A stretch of DNA of 63,328 bases, the filler included, from Choristocarpus tenellus KU-1152 (taxonomy: Eukaryota; Protista; Phaeophyceae): the NCBI GenBank assembly GCA_964200185.2. It is 9 parts of 9 records of this genome, joined end to end, with 100 filler letters (N's around TTAATTAATTAA, not from the genome) between each part and the next. Parts side by side here need not be neighbours in the genome. Positions count along the whole stretch, not along the records: positions 60,005 to 63,328 come from CAXNAD020020788.1; 8 more parts are not named here. One strand, given 5' to 3'. Made by a program: the position numbers and the translations under genes. The notes beneath the pieces are model-generated. The model ran no database searches, was not told where the DNA came from, and was given only the letters and a program-made list of their open reading frames with translations. Positions 62,201 to 63,328 of this stretch are shown piece by piece (position 1 is the first letter of the stretch; each line of letters begins with the position of its first letter).

Positions 62201-63328
62201 CGCAACATGCAGGTGTTGGGCTATCTTGGATAGTAAAGGCAATTAATGAGTCCAATTGACAATAAAGTATAGGAGGGAATTCTTCACCGAAACAAAATAA
62301 TGCCTGTTGTACCCCTACAGACGCTCCCATGCCCTCGCTCGATTTACCCCTCTAGTGCTGCACCTTCACACTATTCGATCGCCTTATCGGTAACTGCCAG
62401 AGCCTTCTAGGCGAATTCAGCTTCACAATATACCAGTCCCATCCCTCATGTCAGTACAACGACCTTTATTTTCTCACTTGATCCAGGATCCAGCGAACCT
62501 CCCTGTCAAGTCTTGAAAACTTAATTGATCTTGGAGTCAAATCAATTAATTGAGAGGTACGCAGGGTTGTATTTTAAGGATGCCGAGAAAGGGCAAAAAG
62601 AAACAATTTTGTACATTTGCAGAAACAACTATTGCTTAATTGTGGTGTCACCTTCAGTGTTAAAAGAGTATCAATTTTGCGGACACTATTGTACACATAA
62701 AGCAATTGGAGTGTATTGAACAAGGTGAGAATGATGCCTTGGGATGCAGGAGGGTCCAAACTTGCCTATCTCTCTTTGTCTTTACTATAGTAAAATATCC
62801 ATTAGATTAATCCCTCGCATCTTTAACACTATGCCACCTGATCCGTAAGTATTACTAGGGAAGATTGTCACCCATCAATCGCATCATCCCTTCCTTTCTC
62901 GGCAAGTTGTACTGTGACAAGCCAAGCCTCTAACCTCATTTTTGGTTTGTTTACAGAAGTAGTACCTCAGTTTATCCCATACATCGAAGCGCTTGTGCTA
63001 AAATATTATTTTGGTAGCAGTACTTGAGAACATCCCCTCCCTTTCATATAGTCTACCTGCGCTTCCGTTTTTATGTTTCTCTTAGTTGTTAAGTGTGCTT
63101 CTTCTCCCTTCCAGGGTCCTCAGCATCTTCACTATGGTCACGTCTCTTAACCATTATGAACATCATTCATTTCGACCGTGAAGTTCAATGTGATATTCAT
63201 TCGTCACTAACGAAGAAATGTTCCCAAGATATATACTGGAGTATATATATACGTGGTGTGAATCGTGTGATTATGTGCCGGCGTGGTTCACTCAGGCAAG
63301 GGTGGTGAAGAGAATCACCGGGCAAAAC

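Overview
Eukaryotic, intron-rich genomic DNA, most likely from a stramenopile and probably a brown alga (inferred from gene content, TTAGGG repeats and transposon types). The window is not contiguous: nine contigs are joined by an artificial 100-nt spacer (N44-TTAATTAATTAA-N44), so neighbourhoods across spacers carry no biological meaning. Spliced genes rebuilt by hand: partial cobalamin-dependent methionine synthase (METH, -), partial Sfp-type 4'-phosphopantetheinyl transferase (+), an apparently complete Ttd14/NadR-like P-loop plus CYTH-like gene (-), a beta-helix plus CBM32/discoidin protein (+), a CxxC zinc-ribbon low-complexity protein (-), partial cysteine desulfurase NFS1 (-) and several unknown genes. 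Mobile DNA is dense: a DIRS/Ngaro tyrosine-recombinase relic, a DD39D mariner relic and a Stowaway-like MITE, a Ty1/copia RT-RNase H fragment, a solo LTR and possible Harbinger-type relics. Two families recur across the window: a MITE with GRSYCAAAGTATCT ends and 4-bp TSDs, and a restriction-like-endonuclease (RLE) non-LTR family with a conserved 3' stem-loop that forms tail-to-tail clusters twice. The most unusual signals are those RLE clusters, an intronic 8-unit array carrying a TAG|GTT acceptor/donor junction in every unit, short telomeric insertions (one flanked by an 11-bp duplication) and frequent AAG splice acceptors. No CRISPR array, rRNA or intact tRNA was found. All calls are by eye and no searches were run.
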